The notes below the pieces were generated by a model, which did no database searches, was not told where the DNA came from, and saw only the letters and a list, made by a program, of their open reading frames with translations. From Nemertoderma westbladi (taxonomy: Eukaryota > Animalia > Xenacoelomorpha): a stretch of DNA of 37,132 nt. Below, piece by piece: positions 31,266-37,132 of this stretch. The position numbers and the translations under genes were made by a program. Each line of letters begins with the position of its first letter. Positions within the stretch are counted from its first letter, which is position 1. The stretch is from contig JAUCBJ010006140.1 of the NCBI GenBank assembly GCA_032718475.1, forward strand, positions 1 to 37,132. The letters are read 5' to 3'.

Positions 31266-33307
31266 TTTGCACGAGTTGCCTTTGTATTATTCAGTTTGCA
31301 TGCACGATTTGCCTTTGTATTATTCAGTTTGCACGAGTTGCCTTTGTATTATTCAATTTGCACGAGTTTCCTTTGTATTATTCAGTTTGCACGAGTTGTC
31401 TTTGTATTATTCAGTTTGCCGATTTGCCTTTGTATTATTCAGTTTGCATGAGTTGCCTTTGTATTATTCAGTTTGCACGAGTTGCCTTTGTATTATTCAG
31501 TTTGCACGAGTTACCTTTGTATTGTTCAGTTTGCACGAGTTGCCTTTGTATTGTTCAGTTTGCACGAGTTGCCTTTGTATTATTCAGTTTGCACGAGTTG
31601 CCTTTTATTATTCAGTTTGCACGAGTTGCCTTTGTATTATTCAATTTGCACGAGTTTCCTTTGTATTATTCAGTTTGCACGAGTTGCCTTTGTATTATTC
31701 AATTTGCACGAGTTTCCTTTGTATTATTCAGTTTGCACGAGTTGCCTTTGAATTATTAAGTTTGCACAAGTTACTTTGTATTATTCAATTTGCACGAGTT
31801 TCCTTTGTATTATTCAGTTTGCACGAGTTGCCTTTGTATTATTCAGTTTGCACGAGTTGCCTTTGTATTATTCAGTTTGCACGAGTTGCCTTTGTATTAT
31901 TCAGTTTGCACGAGTTGCCTTTGTATTATTCAGTTTGCACGAGTTACCTTTGTATTGTTCAGTTTGCACGAGTTGCCTTTGTATTATTCAGTTTGCACGA
32001 GTTTCCTTTGTATTATTCAGTTTGCACGAGTTGCCTTTTATTATTCAGTTTGCACGAGTTGCCTTTGTATTATTCAATTTGCACGAGTTTCCTTTGTATT
32101 ATTCAGTTTGCACGAGTTGCCTTTGTATTATTAAGTTTGCACGAGTTGCCTTTGTATTATTCAGTTTGCACGAGTTGCCTTTGTATTATTCAGTTTGCAC
32201 GAGTTGTCTTTGTATTATTCAGTTTGCACGAGTTGCCTTTGTATTATTCAGTTTGCACGAGTTACCTTTGTATTGTTCAGTTTGCACGAGTTGCCTTTGT
32301 ATTATTCAGTTTGCACGAGTTGCCTTTGTATTATTCAGTTTGCACGAGTTGCCTTTTATTATTCAGTTTGCACGAGTTGCCTTTGTATTATTTAATTTGC
32401 ACGAGTTGCCTTTGTATTATTCAGTTTGCACGAGTTGCCTTTGTATAATTCAGTTTGCACGAGTTGCCTTTGTATTATTCAGTTTGCACGAGTTGCCTTT
32501 GTATTATTCAGTTTGCACAAGTTGGCTTTGTATTGTTCAGTTTGCACGAGTAGCCTTTGTATTGTTCAGTTTGCACGAGTTGCCTTTGTCTTATTCAGTT
32601 TGCACGAGTTGCCTTTGTATTATTCAGTTTGCCCGATTTGCCTTTGTATTATTCAGCTTGCACGAGTTGCCTTTCTATTGTTCAGTTTGCACGAGTTGCC
32701 TTTGTATTATTCAGTTTGCACAATTTGCCTTTGTATTATTCAGTTTGCACGAGTTGACTTTGTATTATTCAGTTTGCACGAGTTAACTTTGTATTATTCA
32801 GTTTGCACCAGTTGCCTTTGTATTATTCAGTTTGCACGAGTTGCCTTTGTATTATTCAGTTTGCACGAGTTGCCTTTGTATTATTCAGTTTGCACGAATT
32901 GCCTTTGTATTATTCAGTTTGCACGAGTTGCCTTTGTATTATTCAGTTTGCACGAGTTGCCTTTGTATTATTCAGTTTGCACGAGTTGCCTTTGTATTAT
33001 TCAGTTTGCACGATTTGCCTTTGTATTATTCAGTTTGCACGAGTTGCCTTTGTATTATTCAGTTTGCACGAGTTGCCTTTGTATTATTCAGTTTGCACGA
33101 GTTGCCTTTGCATTATTCAGTTTGCACGAGTTGCCTTTGTATTATTCAGTTTGACGAGTTGCCTTTGTATTATTCAGTTTGCACGAGTTGCCTTTGTATT
33201 ATTCGGTTTGCACGAGTTGCCTTTGTATTATTCAGTTTGCACGAGTTGCCTTTGTATTATTCAGTTTGTACGATTTGCCTTTGTATTATTCAGTTTGCGC
33301 GAGTTGC
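31266..33307 (+). repeat. 29-bp satellite, ~70 copies
   Basis: Unit tttgcacgagttgcctttgtattattcag, with occasional 2-nt deletion variants. Confidence 0.98.
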
Positions 33308-33638
33308 TAGGCTTTTATAAAATGCCAACCATTGCAAAAGACCGCGATGACAGAATATCTGACTTATCAAACTTTAAAATGTGTCGAGAGTTTTTTCCGA
33401 GAAATTTATTTTATCTAATGTACTGCTTATTTGATCTGAATTAAAATTATTTGATTTCTCAATTTATATATTATTATCTAACATTAGTGATATAATTAAT
33501 TATTTATTACTTGGAAAAAAAGTAAAACTATTCTCGAGGTTTTTTATACCGAGCGCCAGCGAGGTTAATAAAGTGTCGAGAGAATATTGAAAAAAAATTT
33601 CATTAATTTTGTATTTGTAAACAAGTTACATAAAGGAC

Positions 33639-34026
33639 GAGTGTTTGAAAAAGGTGGACTGGACACGCCTAGGTCACCGGCAGCATTCGTAATGCAGCTG
33701 TTTCCAGCATGCCGATTATAGATAGATAATTCGATAATTGAAAACTGAAAAGGTGAACTGTCCAATCATAGAATCATTACGAAATAGCACTGCTTTATAA
33801 TACGTTTCTGATTGGTCAGACTATTATCTATATTTTATGTGCTTGTGTCCAGTCCACCTTTTTCAAACGTACATCTTATTCCCAATCCCAATTATGTAAT
33901 TAAAAAAGCGAAAACTTGAAACAGGTGGACAAACCAATCGCTACAAACTGCTGTGCTTAATACGTTTCTGATTGGTCTGTCCGTTGTCCATGTTTTTTGT
34001 GTCCAGTCCACCTTTTAAAACACCCC
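33639..34026. mobile_element. Mutator-like (MULE) MITE, 388 bp
   Basis: 28-bp imperfect TIRs gagtgtttgaaaaaggtggactggacac / gtgtccagtccaccttttaaaacacccc. Exact 9-bp direct repeat ataaaggac at 33630-33638 and 34027-34035. Confidence 0.85.
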
Positions 34027-34230
34027 ATAAAGGACACCCTTGCAAATAAGCTGCAAAGCTTTAGGGGTAATCCTATATGTTATGTTGGACAATACCTAAA
34101 TACATTGTTTGGTGTATTTGTTGTTGTTTTATATTTTTACATAATGTATAAATAAATATATATATATTATTCGAACATCACATAACAAGGAACTGATACC
34201 CTGCCATTTTTGAATTTCCCACTGCACACC

Positions 34231-34315
34231 AACCAATGATTGCGCTGCCAACCTGATGTTGCTAGGTTTCCTATAAATAAGCTACACAGTACCGGTACCG
34301 TACTGACTGGTAAGC
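34231..34315 (+). promoter_or_regulatory. Candidate LRRC56 promoter and non-coding first exon
   Basis: CCAAT (34233), RFX half-site-like GTTGCTAGG (34258), TATAAAT (34272) and donor tg|gtaagc (34310). An acceptor ttatag| lies at 35093 before the ATG. Based on short motifs only. Confidence 0.35.
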
Positions 34316-34442
34316 TCATTGTTTTTATGACATGTGGTCACTTATTGTGTTTTATTTACTAGTCTGCTAGTCAGCTAGTCGCTTCTAAAATAGACCAGGG
34401 TAAACTCCCATGTATATAGTAATATTTAACAAGAGATTATAG

Positions 34443-34788
34443 CAAGAAAACATTAGAGACAGCCTAACAGATCCGCCACAGCTCTACATTTGCTCGGGTA
34501 TTCTCACTGTTTATTCAATAAGTTAGGGTCGCCCTGTCAGCCTGTCGAAACTCTAGACAAAAACTGTCTTAAACCCCAACCCTACCTGGAACAAAAATAA
34601 ATCACAAAATGTGATTTCAGGATTCCTATTAGGGTTAGAACGAGGGTTCCAGGTAAGGTTGGGGTTTAAGACACTTTATGCAGTTATGTCTAGGGTTTCG
34701 ATTGCCGAATTAGGCCTACTAAATAAGCATTTTAGAGTTTGTTTTACTTGGTTCTGGCAGATCTGTTAGGCTCTCCCTAATGTCTTGT
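34443..34788. mobile_element. Foldback MITE with nested inverted repeats (hAT/P-like TSD length)
   Basis: Outer IR cattagagacagcctaacagatccgcca / tggcagatctgttaggctctccctaatg. Inner IR gtcttaaaccccaaccctacctggaac / gttccaggtaaggttggggtttaagac. Flanking 8-bp direct repeat gattatag at 34435-34442 and 34789-34796. Confidence 0.8.
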
Positions 34789-35126
34789 GATTATAGCATA
34801 GCGGTTTATTTATAGGAATGGAGGGAATGAAATTTGAAATAGGTTTTAGATATTGATTAGTTATACGGTAGGCCTATAGTCTTTCAATACGATACCGGGA
34901 CCGGTACCCTACTGCTTGTTCTATAGTCTGTAGTCTGTACCGGGAGCACTGGTTGAACATATTGCCAGTTATTTTTGTTTTTAATCTCCTATGAACCTCT
35001 GAAACAAATTATATTTGTTACGTAGCCTGTAGCCTATGTTATCTGTTCAGCTGCTAATCTGCTAATCTCTGAATCAAATCTATACTGTTATAGACACCAC
35101 GTTGTGCTGAGATTGTAAGATGCGAT

Positions 35127-35815
35127 ATGGGCGATAATTACTCCCCCCGTGCGCCCCAAGGAAGATCGGTGTGTATAACAGAACATATTGCCGACGTTGG
35201 CGAAACAAACCCCGAGCCTAAAACCCTAGAAGAATCCGACCTAATAATGGAGCGGTATCTCTCCCCTGATAAACTATCAAAAATCACAGGAAACAAAAAC
35301 CTGACCCAGTTAACTTATTTAGAGATGAGCATCCTTACATCGGAGCACACGCTTGGTAACTTCGGGACTTACTTACCGAACCTGACGCAACTGAAACTGA
35401 ACGGCAGCACAATAAGCAGTATCCGAGATCTGGGAACCAGTCTCAATAATTTGCAGGTTCTCTGGCTGTGTAAATGCGATCTGTTGGATGTAGACGGAGT
35501 GGGTTCCTTCGGCCAACTCCAAGAGATATACCTCGGTTTCAACCACGTCAGTGAGCTCAGTCCCCTGTCTATGGCGCAGTTACTAGAGGTCATTGACCTG
35601 GAGGGTAACGAGGTAGATGATTTCACTCAGGTTGAGTTTTTCGCGTTGCTTCCGGGGTTGGACTCGTTGAATCTGAGTAGCAACCCGGTATGTTTGACCC
35701 CCCGCCCTGGATACCGAGAGGAAGTCGACGGATTGTACGACTACAGGAGATGGGTGAGGGGGGCGCTCACACAGCTCAAGGTCCTAGACGATTACCCGGT
35801 CGCCATGACTACAAG
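35127..35815 (+). CDS. LRRC56: Leucine-rich repeat-containing protein 56 (ciliary dynein transport), first coding exon
   Basis: ERYLSPDKL, LGNFGTYLPNLTQLKLNGS, SIRDLGTSLNNLQVLWL, LEVIDLEGNEV, YDYR..V...L.QLKVLD match recalled LRRC56. Donor ag|gtaagt at 35816. Confidence 0.92.
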
Positions 35816-36099
35816 GTAAGTACAGACTGTATACATTCACACTCGCTGCTTACTATACTTATTATCTTGTACTTCGTTAATTGTAAACACTAAATTATTT
35901 CACAGAATACTCAGTAGAATTTGTAAAACATTTATATTTAACAATATGACACTCACCCACCTAATGATTACCGTAACTGTAAGTTATTTCACGAAATTAT
36001 TCTAGAACTATTAGTATAACATGTATTGCTGTATGTTATCGCTACTAGCGGGAATAAAAGCCCTTTATTTCTCCCCGACGGTTTTATATTGTAACGCAG

Positions 36100-36401
36100 T
36101 GAGATCGACGGAACTTCCACGATTCTTTACCAAGATTCTCAGCTGATCGCCGACGGAATCAAAGACCTCCTGGACTCGGAGACTCTACGCGAGCCGGTTA
36201 ACCAGCGTCCGGGCTCCTCCATGGTTAACAGACGCCCCCTAACGGCAGCCAGACGCACCGTGTCCTCCTGGACCCGCCCCAGCACCACCAACTCGGGTTA
36301 CTATAGCAACCGTGACAGTCCCAGTCCCAGACCCGAGTCCCAAGGTAGCGGTGTTGGCGAGGATGCTTTGGGGAGCAGCAGTCTGCTCACCTTGGGGAGA
36401 G
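36100..36401 (+). CDS. LRRC56: LRRC56 second coding exon (gene continues beyond the window)
   Basis: Acceptor cgcag| in phase (AG|T = Ser). Open frame EIDGTSTILYQDSQLIADGIK...RPLTA..RPST..SSLLTLG. Donor g|gtaagt at 36402. Confidence 0.85.
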
Positions 36402-36425
36402 GTAAGTTCCTTATAAATAATGTGT

Positions 36426-37132
36426 GTCGGGTAGTGCTTTATATCCCGCCGACCGACACGGTCGGGTAGTGCTTTATATCCCGCCGACCGACACGGTCGG
36501 GTAGTGCTTTATATCCCGCCGACCGACACGGTCGGGTAGTGCTTTATATCCCGCCGACCGACACGGTCGGGTAGTGCTTTATATCCCGCCGACCGACACG
36601 GTCGGGTAGTGCTTTATATCCCGCCGACCGACACGGTCGGGTAGTGCTTTATATCCCGCCGACCGACACGGTCGGGTAGTGCTTTATATCCCGCCGACCG
36701 ACACGGTCGGGTAGTGCTTTATATCCCGCCGACCGACACGGTCGGGTAGTGCTTTATATCCCGCCGACCGACACTGTCGGGTAGTGCTTTATATCCCGCC
36801 GACCGGCTTTATATCCCGCCGACCGGCTTTATATCCCGCCGACCGGCTTTATATCCCGCCGACCGACACGGTCGGGTAGTGCTTTATATCCCGCCGACCG
36901 ACACGGTCGGGTAGTGCTTTATATCCCGCCGACCGACACGGTCGGGTAGTGCTTTATATCCCGCCGACCGACACGGTCGGGTAGTGCTTTATATCCCGCC
37001 GACCGACACGGTCGGGTAGTGCTTTATATCCCGCCGACCGACACGGTCGGGTAGTGCTTTATATCCCGCCGACCGACACGGTCGGGTAGAGCTTTATATC
37101 CCGCCGACCGACACGGTCGGGTAGTGCTTTAT
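36426..37132 (+). repeat. 35-bp intronic minisatellite, ~20 copies, runs off the right edge
   Basis: Unit gtcgggtagtgctttatatcccgccgaccgacacg, with shortened 20-bp units at about 36786-36845. Confidence 0.97.

Noticed and set aside
31218-33444. Many Cys/hydrophobic-rich ORFs
   Set aside because: They are translations of the 29-bp satellite in shifting frames.
14467-37132. CRISPR arrays (29-40 bp partly palindromic repeats)
   Set aside because: Units are head-to-tail with no unique spacers, there are no cas genes, and the context is eukaryotic with spliceosomal introns.

Overview
This is eukaryotic genomic DNA, most likely from an invertebrate animal, and not prokaryotic. Host genes are the last three coding exons of a glycogen synthase (+), a frameshifted 3' fragment of Integrator subunit INTS11 (-), an intronless IGBP1/Tap42 gene (-) and the first coding exons of the ciliary gene LRRC56 (+). 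Mobile elements are a BEL/Pao LTR retrotransposon with an intact 2619-aa polyprotein, a decayed APE-RT LINE with ORF1, two RTE-clade LINE fragments and two MITEs. The BEL element and the LINE appear to lie antisense in a glycogen synthase intron. Five unrelated tandem arrays (64, 40, 66, 29 and 35 bp units) lie within about 23 kb. Two have visible origins. The 66-bp array is the 3' end plus (TAG)n tail of an RTE element repeated about 54 times inside one candidate target-site duplication. The 64-bp array is the glycogen synthase exon end plus splice donor repeated about 22 times. All protein identities come from recalled motifs, not database searches, and copy numbers are length/unit estimates.
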